From the NCBI GenBank assembly GCA_049287305.1, contig JBAQFO010000012.1, forward strand, positions 89,768-153,767: DNA of 64,000 nucleotides. The letters are read 5' to 3'. The notes below the pieces were generated by a model, which worked only from the letters and a program-made list of their open reading frames with translations, ran no database searches and was not told the DNA's origin. The translations under genes and the position numbers were made by a program. This DNA comes from Minisyncoccia bacterium. GTDB lineage: Bacteria; Patescibacteriota; Minisyncoccia; Phycocordibacterales; UBA9973. Positions 28,548-38,899 of the stretch are shown in pieces; the stretch's first letter is position 1, and every line of letters starts with the position of its first letter.

Positions 28548-29450
28548 ATGGAAAAAATAATTGTAACAGGTGGAGCGGGGTTTATAGGTTCACATATTGT
28601 AGATGCTCTTATTGAGGAAGGATACGAAGTGCATGTCGTAGACAATATGTCAGCTGGGAGAAAAGAAAATATAAACCCAAAAGCAGTTTTACATATAGTA
28701 GATATAAGAGAAAAAGAAAAGCTGATCCCGATATTTACAAATGCAAAATATGTATTTCATGAAGCAGCATTTCCGCAAGTTCAGTATTCCATAGAGAATC
28801 CCGTTGAAACTAACGCGATTAACGTAGAAGGTACTTTAAATATTTTAGAGGTTTCTAGGATAAATAAGGTTAAGAGGGTAATTTTTGCTTCTTCTTCTGC
28901 TGTATATGGTGACCAAGATATATTACCCATAACCGAAAGCATGGAAGCGAGTCCACTTTCTCCATATGGCGCACAGAAATACATAGGTGAAGTTTATATG
29001 AAACTTTATGCGCAGATTTATGGAGTAGAGACTATCTCTCTTCGGTATTTTAATGTGTATGGACCTAGGCAGAGCGCAAGTGGTGCCTACGCGTCGGCGA
29101 TTCCTAAATTTATAGAATTTCGGCAGAAGAACGAACCACTTTCTATCACCGGAGACGGCGAACAGACTAGAGATTTTGTAAATGTTAAAGATATAGTTTC
29201 TGCCAACATTTTGGCCATGAAAGGGGATAAGGTAGGAAAAGGGGAAGTGTTAAATATCGGAGGAAATAATCAATACTCTATCAATTACATTGCAAAACTG
29301 GTGGGAGGAGAAGTTTCTTATATTCCTCCTCGAATAGAACCTAGAAATACCCAAGCAGGAATATCAAAGGCTAAGGAGTTCTTAAATTGGGAACCACGTG
29401 TTGTCCTGGAGGAAGGCATAGAAGAATTAAAGAAGTATAACAATATTTAA
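28548..29450 (+). CDS. NAD-dependent sugar epimerase/dehydratase (UDP-hexose 4-epimerase-like)
   Basis: VTGGAGFIGSH Rossmann motif and extended SDR features. Confidence 0.8.
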   Translation: MEKIIVTGGAGFIGSHIVDALIEEGYEVHVVDNMSAGRKENINPKAVLHIVDIREKEKLIPIFTNAKYVFHEAAFPQVQYSIENPVETNAINVEGTLNILEVSRINKVKRVIFASSSAVYGDQDILPITESMEASPLSPYGAQKYIGEVYMKLYAQIYGVETISLRYFNVYGPRQSASGAYASAIPKFIEFRQKNEPLSITGDGEQTRDFVNVKDIVSANILAMKGDKVGKGEVLNIGGNNQYSINYIAKLVGGEVSYIPPRIEPRNTQAGISKAKEFLNWEPRVVLEEGIEELKKYNNI

Positions 29451-29456
29451 CATGTC

Positions 29457-29734
29457 TCCCGTTAGAGATCACTTATGTTTTATTACACATATACTTTAAA
29501 AAGTAAGAAAGATGGCAAAATTTATACAGGATATACGCAAGACCTACGGAAGCGCCCGAGTGAGCATAATAAAGGTTTATCTACATATACTAAAGGACGA
29601 GGCCCATTTATTTTGATATACTACGAAGGGTGCTTATTAAAAGATAAAGCTAGGTCGAGAGAATTATATTTAAAATCAGGAATGGGCAAGCGTTATCTAA
29701 AAAATAGATTAGGCGCTTCCTACCTCTAACGGGA
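29457..29734. repeat. perfect 11-bp inverted repeats TCCCGTTAGAG (29457-29467) and CTCTAACGGGA (29724-29734) bracketing GIY-YIG copy 1
   Basis: Read from the sequence. The right repeat overlaps the GIY-YIG stop and the gmd ATG. Confidence 0.7.
29475..29729 (+). CDS. small stand-alone GIY-YIG nuclease-superfamily protein (YhbQ/UPF0213-like), copy 1
   Basis: [28 protein letters not shown]...ELYLK, with GIY-YIG-like YTGYT and a conserved Arg and Glu. About 85 aa. Paralogous to copies 2 and 3. Confidence 0.75.
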   Translation: MFYYTYTLKSKKDGKIYTGYTQDLRKRPSEHNKGLSTYTKGRGPFILIYYEGCLLKDKARSRELYLKSGMGKRYLKNRLGASYL

Positions 29735-30795
29735 TGAAAGATAAAAAAAGGGCTTTAATTATAGGTATTACAGGGCAGGATGGGTCATATTTGGCTGAAT
29801 TTTTGCTAGAAAAAGGCTACGAGGTTCATGGAATGATAAGGCGTTCTTCCAGCTTCAACACCGAAAGATTGGACAAAATATATGAAGATCCGCACGTGGA
29901 CAATCGTCATCTAGTTCTTCATTATGGAGATCTGTCTGATTCCAACAGTATAAATAATATGGTTAATAAAAGTAAACCGGACGAGATTTATAACTTGGGT
30001 GCGCAGAGTCACGTAAGAGTAAGTTTTGATATTCCCGAATATACTGCTGACATAGATGCGCTTGGAACATTACGATTGCTAGATGTTATAAAGGAACAAA
30101 GTTATCCAATAAAATTTTATCAAGCGGGGTCAAGTGAAATGTTTGGGAAAGTTTTAGAGACTCCGCAAAAAGAAACAACGCCATTCAACCCCCAGAGTCC
30201 CTATGGTTGTGCCAAAGTATTTTCGCATATGATTTGCGTGAATTATCGCGAGGCTTATAATATGTTTATTTGCAATGGTATACTTTTTAACCATGAATCT
30301 CCGAGGAGGGGGCGGACTTTTGTTACTAAAAAGGTGGTGGAAGGTCTCGCAGATATAAAACTAGGGAAAAAAGAAAAAATATTTTTGGGAAACCTAGATG
30401 CCAAACGGGATTGGGGTTATGCCAAGGACTATGTGCGGGCTATGTGGCTGATGCTCCAGCAAGATACTCCTGATGATTACGTGATAGCAACAGGAGAGAC
30501 ACATTCCGTCCGTGAGTTCGTGGAATATGCGGCATCTTTGGTTGGTTATAAAATTGTTTGGCAAGGGTCAGGATTGGAAGAAGTTGGTATAGATGAAAAA
30601 TCAGGAAAAGTCCTCATCAGTATAGATGAAAATTATTACAGGCCGTCGGAAGTAGATGTATTGTTGGGAGACAATACAAAAGCAAAAGAGAAATTAAACT
30701 GGGATACCAATGTAAAATTTAAAGACCTTATAGATTTAATGGTAAAAGAAGAATTTGAAGAGCGGGGACTTCCCAGTAAAGATTATATAAAATAA
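29734..30795 (+). CDS. gmd: GDP-mannose 4,6-dehydratase
   Basis: [27 protein letters not shown] and Gmd-specific motifs. Confidence 0.92.
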   Translation: MKDKKRALIIGITGQDGSYLAEFLLEKGYEVHGMIRRSSSFNTERLDKIYEDPHVDNRHLVLHYGDLSDSNSINNMVNKSKPDEIYNLGAQSHVRVSFDIPEYTADIDALGTLRLLDVIKEQSYPIKFYQAGSSEMFGKVLETPQKETTPFNPQSPYGCAKVFSHMICVNYREAYNMFICNGILFNHESPRRGRTFVTKKVVEGLADIKLGKKEKIFLGNLDAKRDWGYAKDYVRAMWLMLQQDTPDDYVIATGETHSVREFVEYAASLVGYKIVWQGSGLEEVGIDEKSGKVLISIDENYYRPSEVDVLLGDNTKAKEKLNWDTNVKFKDLIDLMVKEEFEERGLPSKDYIK

Positions 30796-30797
30796 TT

Positions 30798-31730
30798 ATG
30801 AACAAAGATGCAAAAATATATATTGCGGGGCATAATGGGCTAGTTGGTTCTGCTATTGTGCGGGAATTGCAAAAGAACGGCTACTCAAATCTTTTAACAA
30901 GAACTCGCGTGGAACTGGACCTGACTAGGCAAGATCTAGTAGAAGGGTTTTTTAACAAAGAGAAACCGGATTATGTTTTTCTGGCTGCGGCAAAAGTCGG
31001 GGGAATCCTAGCCAACGATACACATCCAGCAGATTTTATCAGAGATAACTTGATGATAGAAACGAATATTATAGACTCTGCTTATAAAAACAAAGTTAAG
31101 AAACTTTTATTTCTGGGGAGTTCTTGTATATATCCTAGAAATGCTCCTCAGCCGATGAAAGAAGAATACCTACTAACAGGCGAGCTTGAACCTACCAACA
31201 AGGCTTATGCTACAGGGAAAATAGCTGGTATAGTCATGTGTCAGGCTTACAACAAGCAGTATGGGGCAAATTTTATAAGTGTAATGCCGACCAATCTGTA
31301 TGGCGAGGGTGACAATTTTGACTTGGATAATTCGCATGTACTTCCGGCAATGATAAGAAAGTTCAATGATGCTAAGAAAAATAATGCACCGGAAGTAACT
31401 TTATGGGGGAGTGGTAGCCCGAAAAGAGAATTTCTATATGTAGATGATTTAGCCAATGCTTGCGTATATCTCATGAATAATTATAATAATTCTGAAATAT
31501 TAAACATCGGCACCGGAGAAGATTTATCCATTCTAGAATTAGCTAATTTAGTAAAAGAAGTTGTAGGATATGAAGGGAGTATTGTGTGGGATTCATCAAA
31601 GCCGGACGGCACCCCTCGCAAGTTGCTTGATGTGTCTAAAATACGCTCTTTAGGCTGGAAACACAGCACTAGCCTGAAAGAGGGTATAAAACACACTTAC
31701 GAGTGGTATAAAGCTAACCAAAGCCTATAA
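30798..31730 (+). CDS. fcl: GDP-L-fucose synthase (GDP-4-keto-6-deoxymannose 3,5-epimerase/4-reductase)
   Basis: [14 protein letters not shown] pattern; adjacent to gmd. Confidence 0.9.
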   Translation: MNKDAKIYIAGHNGLVGSAIVRELQKNGYSNLLTRTRVELDLTRQDLVEGFFNKEKPDYVFLAAAKVGGILANDTHPADFIRDNLMIETNIIDSAYKNKVKKLLFLGSSCIYPRNAPQPMKEEYLLTGELEPTNKAYATGKIAGIVMCQAYNKQYGANFISVMPTNLYGEGDNFDLDNSHVLPAMIRKFNDAKKNNAPEVTLWGSGSPKREFLYVDDLANACVYLMNNYNNSEILNIGTGEDLSILELANLVKEVVGYEGSIVWDSSKPDGTPRKLLDVSKIRSLGWKHSTSLKEGIKHTYEWYKANQSL

Positions 31731-31731
31731 A

Positions 31732-32577
31732 ATGATAACTGTAAGATTAAAAGGGGGTTTGGGTAATCAGATGTTTCAATATGCCTTAGGGCGTGCTTTG
31801 TCTATTAAAAATAACACAACTCTCGGACTAGATATCGGTTTTTATGATATGAATCTAAACCCTAAGAGGCAATACGACCTGGAGGTGTTTAATATTGCCG
31901 GAAAAGTTCTGGAGCAGAAAGAAATTCCTTTTTTATACAGATTTTGTCATAAAAGCAAAATTTTGGATAAAATTACAAGATATGGATTTAAAGAAAAATC
32001 TTTTGATTTTGATCCGCAGATTTTTTGTCGTGGATCAAGCTTATACATAGATGGATACTGGCAAAGTCCGAAATACTTTGAAGATTTTGAGGATGAAATT
32101 AGAAAAGATTTTACTTTAAAAAACCCACCAGTTCAAAACATAGAAGACCTTGCGAAAGAAATAGAGCATATAAATTCGGTGTGCGTTCATGTGCGCAGAG
32201 GGGATTATGTAGGAAATAAAAATCATGAAATTGTAGATAATGAATATTATATAAAAGGCATTGAGTATATAAAAAATCATGCGTCAGTAGATAAAATATA
32301 TGTTTTTTCTGATGACATAGAATGGTGTAAAAATAGTTTAAAATTTGAATTTTCTACGGTATTTGTGGATAGCGTATACGCAGGAGAAAAAGGAGAAGGG
32401 CATATGTTTTTAATGAGTAAGTGTAAAAATTTTATAATTGCGAACAGCTCCTTTTCTTGGTGGGCTGCTTGGCTTTCTAACAATAAAGAGAAAATTGTAA
32501 TTTGTCCCAAACAATGGTTTCCTGATAAATCTATATACACAAACGATTTAATACCAAAAGAGTGGGTAAGAATATGA
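31732..32577 (+). CDS. alpha-1,2-fucosyltransferase (GT11 family)
   Basis: GT11 motifs GGLGNQMFQYA, HVRRGDY and ANSSFSWWAAW. Confidence 0.8.
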   Translation: MITVRLKGGLGNQMFQYALGRALSIKNNTTLGLDIGFYDMNLNPKRQYDLEVFNIAGKVLEQKEIPFLYRFCHKSKILDKITRYGFKEKSFDFDPQIFCRGSSLYIDGYWQSPKYFEDFEDEIRKDFTLKNPPVQNIEDLAKEIEHINSVCVHVRRGDYVGNKNHEIVDNEYYIKGIEYIKNHASVDKIYVFSDDIEWCKNSLKFEFSTVFVDSVYAGEKGEGHMFLMSKCKNFIIANSSFSWWAAWLSNNKEKIVICPKQWFPDKSIYTNDLIPKEWVRI

Positions 32578-32604
32578 ATCCCGTAGTAGATTTTTAATTA
32601 GATT

Positions 32605-32877
32605 ATGTTCTACACATATATATTACAAAGTCAGAAAAATAAAGAACTATATATTGGTTATACTTCAGATTTAAAAAGAAGAGTCGAAGAACATAATCAA
32701 GGGTTAAATTTTTCTACAAAAAGATATATTCCATGGAATATCATATACTACGAAGCGTGTATAGAAGAAAGTGATGCTAAGCGCAGAGAGAAATATCTGA
32801 AAACAACACAAGGGAATAGATTAATAAAGAGAAGGATAAAAGATTATATTTATAAGTTGAAAAATTTAACAAATTAA
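32605..32877 (+). CDS. small stand-alone GIY-YIG nuclease-superfamily protein, copy 2
   Basis: MFYTYILQSQKNKELYIGYTSDLKRRVEEHN. It is bracketed by the imperfect inverted repeat TCCCGTAGTAG (32579-32589) and CACTACAGG (32883-32891). Confidence 0.75.
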   Translation: MFYTYILQSQKNKELYIGYTSDLKRRVEEHNQGLNFSTKRYIPWNIIYYEACIEESDAKRREKYLKTTQGNRLIKRRIKDYIYKLKNLTN

Positions 32878-32891
32878 AAATTCACTACAGG

Positions 32892-34232
32892 ATGATAAAT
32901 ATAATCAATAAAATTAAAAGTTTAACACTCGAGCAGATAAACAAAAACCTAGTTTTTTTGGCTATTATCGCCTTAATTTACCGAAAAGGTAATTTTTACA
33001 ATACTTTTGTTCCAAAGCCATTTGAAATAATTCTCGTACTGATTATCATTCTTACATTTGTGCATTTACTAATCAATAAGAAATTTAAAGCTTTTTTCTC
33101 TTCAATTGATAAAAAAATTTGGATAGCATTGTCGTGCCTCCTGGTATCTGTTTTTGTGGGCTGGGCTGTAGCTGTATTTTTTAAGAATGTGCCGATAAAT
33201 TTCAATGTTATTTTAGAGTTTGGGAATTTTGTAATTTCTTTGGTGATATTTGTATTGGTTTTATTTTACACAAAAAATGATAAAATATTTGCCCAAAAAT
33301 ATTTATACGCATTACTTTTGCCGGCTGTATATACGATTTTTGTGTTATTCACCGAAGGGGCTAATTACTTTAACTTGGAAAACAACGGCACATTTCTTGG
33401 GCTTACAATCAATCCGAATATAATTTCTAAAATATTGCTTATTCCTGCGTTATTCTTTATAACGCATTCTTTGTTTAAACTTCAAAACAGGTGGCTGAGA
33501 ATTGGATATATTGCTATTTCTTGCGCTATGGTTGCTTTATTGTTTTGGGTTGCATCCAGGGGAGGATTGGTTTCTTTGGCGATTTCAATGATGTTCGTGT
33601 GGCTTGTTTTTTCTTTACATCATTTTAATTGGAAAAAACTATTTTATAGTGGTGGACTTCTCTTCATTATATTTTTAATTGGATTTCTTATAACTCCGCA
33701 AACTGGGAAGCAGAGGGTTATCCTTCGAGCTTTATACCCAAGTGGATCTGATTATTCTAGTTATGTCGAAGTTATAAATAAACCGGTTGACGATATTGTA
33801 TCTAAATTTATTACTGATAAGTCAGATAAGCATGTTTTTATTTATGCTAATGGAGAAAATCGTTTTAAAATTTGGCCATTTTATTTAAAGTACATATTGA
33901 TGAACCCACTTGGTATAGGGCCAAATACTCACTTGAGCTTTAGCTTAAAGGATAATGTTGGAGAATATATAAATTCAGGTCCACATAATACTTTCCTACA
34001 AATTTGGCTATGGGGAGGACTGCTAGGGATACTGAGTTTCTTATATATCTTTATCAATGCATTTAAAAACCTAAGATTACAATTAAAATCAGAATTTAAT
34101 CCTACTGCCTTGGCATTGCTTGGAGTTCTATTTGCTGTTAGTATTTCTGTCATGTTTGATGACAGCTTATCATTTTTTTGGTTTTTTATAATTTTAGCTT
34201 TGACATTGAGATATGAAAATACCAGTAGTTAG
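32892..34232 (+). CDS. O-antigen polymerase/ligase-like (Wzy family) membrane protein
   Basis: About 11 TM helices; the WVASRGGLVSLAISMMF pattern is typical of the Wzy_C region. Confidence 0.45.
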   Translation: MINIINKIKSLTLEQINKNLVFLAIIALIYRKGNFYNTFVPKPFEIILVLIIILTFVHLLINKKFKAFFSSIDKKIWIALSCLLVSVFVGWAVAVFFKNVPINFNVILEFGNFVISLVIFVLVLFYTKNDKIFAQKYLYALLLPAVYTIFVLFTEGANYFNLENNGTFLGLTINPNIISKILLIPALFFITHSLFKLQNRWLRIGYIAISCAMVALLFWVASRGGLVSLAISMMFVWLVFSLHHFNWKKLFYSGGLLFIIFLIGFLITPQTGKQRVILRALYPSGSDYSSYVEVINKPVDDIVSKFITDKSDKHVFIYANGENRFKIWPFYLKYILMNPLGIGPNTHLSFSLKDNVGEYINSGPHNTFLQIWLWGGLLGILSFLYIFINAFKNLRLQLKSEFNPTALALLGVLFAVSISVMFDDSLSFFWFFIILALTLRYENTSS

Positions 34233-35046
34233 CATAATTTTGCCTGTTTATAATGGTGCAGATCGCCTGAAAGAGACTGTAGCTAGTGTTATAAGCCAAT
34301 CTTACGCAGGCTGGGAGATGCTTGTCATAGATGACGGCTCTGCTGACAATACAAATGAGGCTGTTGGCGATTTTGTAAAAAAAGATTCCAGAGTAAAGTA
34401 CATAAGAAATGAAGTAAATTTGGGTATACAAAAAACCTTGAATAAAGGATTAAGAGAAGCAAAAGGTGAATATATTGCGCGCATAGACGATGACGATATC
34501 TGGATAGATAAAGATAAATTGAAAAGACAAGTAGAGTTTTTGGAAGATAACAAAGACTATGTTTTGTTGGGTACGGGTGCGGTAATTTTAGATGAAGAGG
34601 GGAAAGAGCTGACAAGATTTTTAATGCCCAAGAAGGATAGTGAAATAAGAAGTAAAATTTTGGGGCAAAATTGTTTTTTGCATTCTAGCGTAATGTTTAG
34701 AAAAAGTTTTGCCTTTAGGGTCGGAGGATATAATGAAACTGTTAATACGCTCCACATAGAAGATTATGATTTATGGCTGAAATTGGGGACAGTGGGTCAA
34801 TTTGCTAATCTTGATATTTATTCAGTCTCTTTAGCTCAGCGGAGAAGTACGATTTCGAATCGCCATAGAATAGCCCAAGCACGAAAATCTATTTTTGAAG
34901 TTTTAAGATTTAAAAACAAATACCCTAATTTTTTTAGGGGTTTTCTTGTAAGTATAATCAGGGGGTGCTTTTTCGTGGTTCAAAAAATCATTTCGCTAGA
35001 CGGAGTATTTGTATATAAAATTAAAAGAATATATAAAAATTTTTAG
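34213..35046 (+). CDS. family 2 glycosyltransferase
   Basis: VSIILPVYNGADRL...LVIDDGSADNT and a DDD motif. Confidence 0.88.
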   Translation: MKIPVVSIILPVYNGADRLKETVASVISQSYAGWEMLVIDDGSADNTNEAVGDFVKKDSRVKYIRNEVNLGIQKTLNKGLREAKGEYIARIDDDDIWIDKDKLKRQVEFLEDNKDYVLLGTGAVILDEEGKELTRFLMPKKDSEIRSKILGQNCFLHSSVMFRKSFAFRVGGYNETVNTLHIEDYDLWLKLGTVGQFANLDIYSVSLAQRRSTISNRHRIAQARKSIFEVLRFKNKYPNFFRGFLVSIIRGCFFVVQKIISLDGVFVYKIKRIYKNF

Positions 35047-35056
35047 ATAATCTTAT

Positions 35057-35878
35057 CTATTTACCTTCCAAGATTGATTTTTCTTCTTGGGAAAGTGGTT
35101 GATCATATAGAGATTTTTCTTGATGTGAAACCTGGATACTGTTCAATAATTTTCGTGGCCAATAAAATAATCGTGTTTGTTCATACCACCCGAAGTAAGG
35201 TCCGACGGATCCACCAAAATATACAGTAAACGTATTGATGCATACATCAGAAGGCATAAGGTTGTTGTAGCGTTTTTTTATACTAGAAGAAAATTGCTTA
35301 AGTGGTTCCTCAATATTATTAAAATGTTCTAAGATAAATTTTTTTCTCATAATAAAACCATCACCAAACGCGCGCATGTCATCGTATTTTGAATATACAA
35401 TTTTATTTTTTCTAAAAAAGTTTTTCAACCTTCGCTTGAGTCGTCCTCTCCAGTATCCTTCACCACCATTTAAATCGTATTTAAGATTTGTGATTGGTTT
35501 AAATACATGCACGTCATCCGCCAAGAGGATAATATAATCTTCTTTTATTTTTTGCGCAGCCTCATATATTCTTTTGACATATAGCTTTACTCCTGCTTCG
35601 TCAGAAAAATACACGCTGTGATTACTATTTGATTGAAAGCTGTGAGTGTAATTGCAATTAAAAAATCGGGCTACGTTCTCCATATTATCTCCATTATTAG
35701 AAACCAGCACCACTGTACTATTCGGGTATATTTTACGAAAATGTTGCAAAGCGTGAATAAGAGCCTTCGGTTGTTTGTAGCACTGATAAAAAGCACCAAT
35801 TGTAGGATTTTCTTTCTTTCTGATGGTTAGCATGTTCTGAATAAAATTCATTTTATTTGATTTTATCACACCTTGCAT
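35057..35878 (-). CDS. hypothetical protein (possible glycan-modifying enzyme); divergently oriented paralog of 35932..36801
   Basis: Shares AFYQC(Y/F)xQPK..., FNC(N/K)Y, (V/L)YFGG(S/T)(V/I)GPY and a C-terminal LSxEExxI(L/F)(E/L)GK with the neighbouring gene. Confidence 0.45.
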   Translation of the reverse strand: MQGVIKSNKMNFIQNMLTIRKKENPTIGAFYQCYKQPKALIHALQHFRKIYPNSTVVLVSNNGDNMENVARFFNCNYTHSFQSNSNHSVYFSDEAGVKLYVKRIYEAAQKIKEDYIILLADDVHVFKPITNLKYDLNGGEGYWRGRLKRRLKNFFRKNKIVYSKYDDMRAFGDGFIMRKKFILEHFNNIEEPLKQFSSSIKKRYNNLMPSDVCINTFTVYFGGSVGPYFGWYEQTRLFYWPRKLLNSIQVSHQEKSLYDQPLSQEEKSILEGK

Positions 35879-35931
35879 GGTATTGTAAATGTATGATTTT
35901 CTTAAGAAGAGCCTTTGGTAGGTTAAAGTTC

Positions 35932-36801
35932 ATGGGCAGATGTTATTTTTTAAGTTTTTTTGCTATTGTGGATTATTTTAAATCAAATCGGGTTTATAAC
36001 GAACCTTCTGTCTGCGCTTTCTATCAATGCTTTAATCAGCCCAAATGTGTTATTGCTACCATTAAATCATTTCGAGAATTTTATCCCAATAGTTCAGTTT
36101 ATTTGTTTAGCAACAAGGGACTTGATATGAGTCATATCGCCTCTCATTTCAATTGTAAGTATGAATATCTTTATAGTGGCAATGATTCCGGTTTCTGGTT
36201 CTTATCTAAAGAAGAAGTATTATCGTGGGTGAAAAGATTGTTGTTTGTCGCACAGAACTCCACAGAGGATTTCGTGATGATATTAGAAGACGACGCTAGG
36301 ATGTATGGAAAAATTAAAAAATTAAAATTTGATTTTAATGGTATCAAACCATGCGAACAACTCAGAGAAAAAATCACCGCCTTCTTAAAGCTTCAGAATA
36401 AATCTATTCCAAATTATATCAATAATATATATTATGGTGGTTGTGGAGGGACTCTAATTAATCGCAATTTTATAGTTAACAATTTTTCAAATCAAGAAAA
36501 ATTAAGCTCGGCTTTAGACGCAGTTCTTCCGTATGCACAAGAACATTTCGGAACACTACCGGCTGATGCCTTGATAACTATGCTTGTTCTGTATTTTGGC
36601 GGTACTATTGGGCCATATGCAGGTTTTGCAGAAGTTGGCAGTTCTGGTTTTATGGGCTTTATTGATAATTTCGTTGAAATGTCACATTGGAAGTACTACT
36701 TTAGTCCCTTTTTAGGTAGAATTGAGGTTGTTCATAACGACAAAAGTTTCTACAATGTTCTGTTATCCGAGGAAGAGAATAAAATATTTTTGGGAAAATA
36801 A
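35932..36801 (+). CDS. hypothetical protein; paralog of 35057..35878 (start placed at MGRCYFL to avoid head-to-head overlap)
   Basis: Same conserved blocks as its divergent neighbour. The track ORF from 35857 would overlap the divergent gene start. Confidence 0.45.
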   Translation: MGRCYFLSFFAIVDYFKSNRVYNEPSVCAFYQCFNQPKCVIATIKSFREFYPNSSVYLFSNKGLDMSHIASHFNCKYEYLYSGNDSGFWFLSKEEVLSWVKRLLFVAQNSTEDFVMILEDDARMYGKIKKLKFDFNGIKPCEQLREKITAFLKLQNKSIPNYINNIYYGGCGGTLINRNFIVNNFSNQEKLSSALDAVLPYAQEHFGTLPADALITMLVLYFGGTIGPYAGFAEVGSSGFMGFIDNFVEMSHWKYYFSPFLGRIEVVHNDKSFYNVLLSEEENKIFLGK

Positions 36802-36805
36802 AGTT

Positions 36806-37861
36806 TTATTGCATAAACAATGTGCTATATTTTTCTCTGTTGTCTAGAATATATTTCGGTAGTTCTGATTCATCTTTCCAAAATTTAATATGTCTTCCGC
36901 GAATATCCTTATTTCCCAAGATTGTTGCTTCTATTTTTAGTTTTATGTCTTTGGTATTAATTTCTTGATGACTGTATGATTCAAGTTTTTGTTTAACCAT
37001 ATTAGATCCACCCTGAAATGAAAAATGCCATCCACCATCTCTAAGCATCGTGAATCTGTTTTTATTTGGAGTTCTGATGTGATTGATTGAATTATTTTTA
37101 ATATTTTTATATTTTGTAGCTATGGTCCCCACCCATCCTCTCCAATTTTCATTTGAGCGATTATTGAGATGATATATGTATGCAGTTTGTTTTAATTTAA
37201 AAATATCATTTCTGGAATAATCTATTGTTATCTCTGGATTCCAGATTTCATCCAAATCTGATATAAAACAAATATCATCATCTTTTAATCCTGTCAGCAC
37301 TCTTTGCATAGTTTCTTTTTGATAAAACTCCCTTAACCACTGTAATTGTTTTTTGTCCGGGACATTATCGGTCGATAAAGTAAAGTTTAGTATTTCTTTA
37401 TCTGTAGTGCTTAAATTTTTATTTAAAAGTCGATTTCGGATATCGGCCTCATTTTTAGGTGTATCCCTTACTGCATAGTGAATTATTTTATGTTCCCATT
37501 TTTTAAAAAGGTGCTTGTTTTCTTCAAAATATAATTGTTTAGGTAAGCCAGTAAATGTTTCTGTGGCTTCAACAATCACAAAATAATCTACGTATTGATC
37601 TAGAATATTCAATCGTATTTCTAAAAGCTCCAATTCGTTAAAAAAAAGAAAAACATCATAAATTTTTATATTTTTTCTATAAATCTTTATATCTTCTTTG
37701 GATAACCACAGTTTCTCTCTTCTAGACTCTTCTAGAATAAGGAATGGCTCTTTTAGATAATCAATAAAATTTCTTAGATCATTGAGAAAAAATTTGGCTA
37801 TATTTTTTAGTGATAAGGGAATACGTTTTTTTATTTTTGTTACAATTCTTTCAAAAATCAT
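36806..37861 (-). CDS. putative glycosyltransferase (GT17-like, MGAT3-type fold); low confidence
   Basis: DVFLFFNELELLEIRLNILDQYVDYFVIVEATETFTG resembles the N-terminal signature of the Glyco_transf_17 family. Confidence 0.4.
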   Translation of the reverse strand: MIFERIVTKIKKRIPLSLKNIAKFFLNDLRNFIDYLKEPFLILEESRREKLWLSKEDIKIYRKNIKIYDVFLFFNELELLEIRLNILDQYVDYFVIVEATETFTGLPKQLYFEENKHLFKKWEHKIIHYAVRDTPKNEADIRNRLLNKNLSTTDKEILNFTLSTDNVPDKKQLQWLREFYQKETMQRVLTGLKDDDICFISDLDEIWNPEITIDYSRNDIFKLKQTAYIYHLNNRSNENWRGWVGTIATKYKNIKNNSINHIRTPNKNRFTMLRDGGWHFSFQGGSNMVKQKLESYSHQEINTKDIKLKIEATILGNKDIRGRHIKFWKDESELPKYILDNREKYSTLFMQ

Positions 37862-37864
37862 AAG

Positions 37865-38890
37865 CTAGTTTTGAGACAAAAAATTTTTAATTCTATTGGG
37901 TATCAGTCTAGATATTTTTTTATATAGCAATCTCGGAATATTTCTGTTAGTTTTGTATGATTTCAATAAATATATATTTTCCTTATCATGGGAAGATAAA
38001 AAATAATTTTTATGACTTGTCTTGTATTCATTAAATTCTTTTAGGCACATTGGATAATCACTTAGTTTTCCATTTCTATCCTGATACATCCAATTCGCTG
38101 TGATATTGTATCCACAGCTCCAATAACCATCTGATACATTGTGACGAGCCCAGTATTTCGGGGCTATGCAGTATTTAAGGTTTTCTGAAAGCCAAGCCGG
38201 GAACCAGGCGAAACTAGAGTTAGATAGAATTAAATAATGTGCATTTTTTATAACCACGTAGTCCTTAGCAATACTAAAATGAAAAACGTCATAATTGGGG
38301 AAGAATTTCTTTGCTTCAAACGTGTCGTCAGTAATAACGACAAATTTAAAGTTTTGGTTTACTTGGAGCATATTGTTCACAGCATCTTCCCAGTATTTCT
38401 TGCTTAAGTATATATCTTTATGTCGTGCATATTCTCCACCCCTAAAATTAATGACACAAGTATTATCATTAGCATAATCATTACATTCATATTCTGTTTT
38501 AACCTTTAGCCATTCTTTTATTTCGTTTTTCCTATGTTCAAAATATTTTTCATCCTGCATCATACCGTCAATCTTGGTGTTCGGATAAACACTTACTAGA
38601 TCTTTATCATAAAGTCTTATATCGGAACCATTAACCGGGTGATTAATTTCTTTTTCTTGATAGTAGTATTCAATACCCTCTGGTAATTTTGTAGGAGGGC
38701 CACCTTCAGGACCAGAGCCACCTATAACCCTTTTTCCATAATCTAAATTTAAAAAATCAGCACCCTTAAATTTTTCTGGATGCATTATTCCAAAATCATA
38801 TCCTAAGTCTTTCGCTATGACCCTAGTGGCGACATAGCAGGCGAGTTGATTGCCCAATCCCTGTCCTTTATAAAATTCTGTTATAATCAT
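37865..38890 (-). CDS. second GT11-type fucosyltransferase
   Basis: GQGLGNQLACY, FRGGEYARH and ILSNSSFAWFPAW parallel the three GT11 motifs of 31732..32577. Confidence 0.65.
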   Translation of the reverse strand: MIITEFYKGQGLGNQLACYVATRVIAKDLGYDFGIMHPEKFKGADFLNLDYGKRVIGGSGPEGGPPTKLPEGIEYYYQEKEINHPVNGSDIRLYDKDLVSVYPNTKIDGMMQDEKYFEHRKNEIKEWLKVKTEYECNDYANDNTCVINFRGGEYARHKDIYLSKKYWEDAVNNMLQVNQNFKFVVITDDTFEAKKFFPNYDVFHFSIAKDYVVIKNAHYLILSNSSFAWFPAWLSENLKYCIAPKYWARHNVSDGYWSCGYNITANWMYQDRNGKLSDYPMCLKEFNEYKTSHKNYFLSSHDKENIYLLKSYKTNRNIPRLLYKKISRLIPNRIKNFLSQN

Positions 38891-38899
38891 ATTTTCTTT

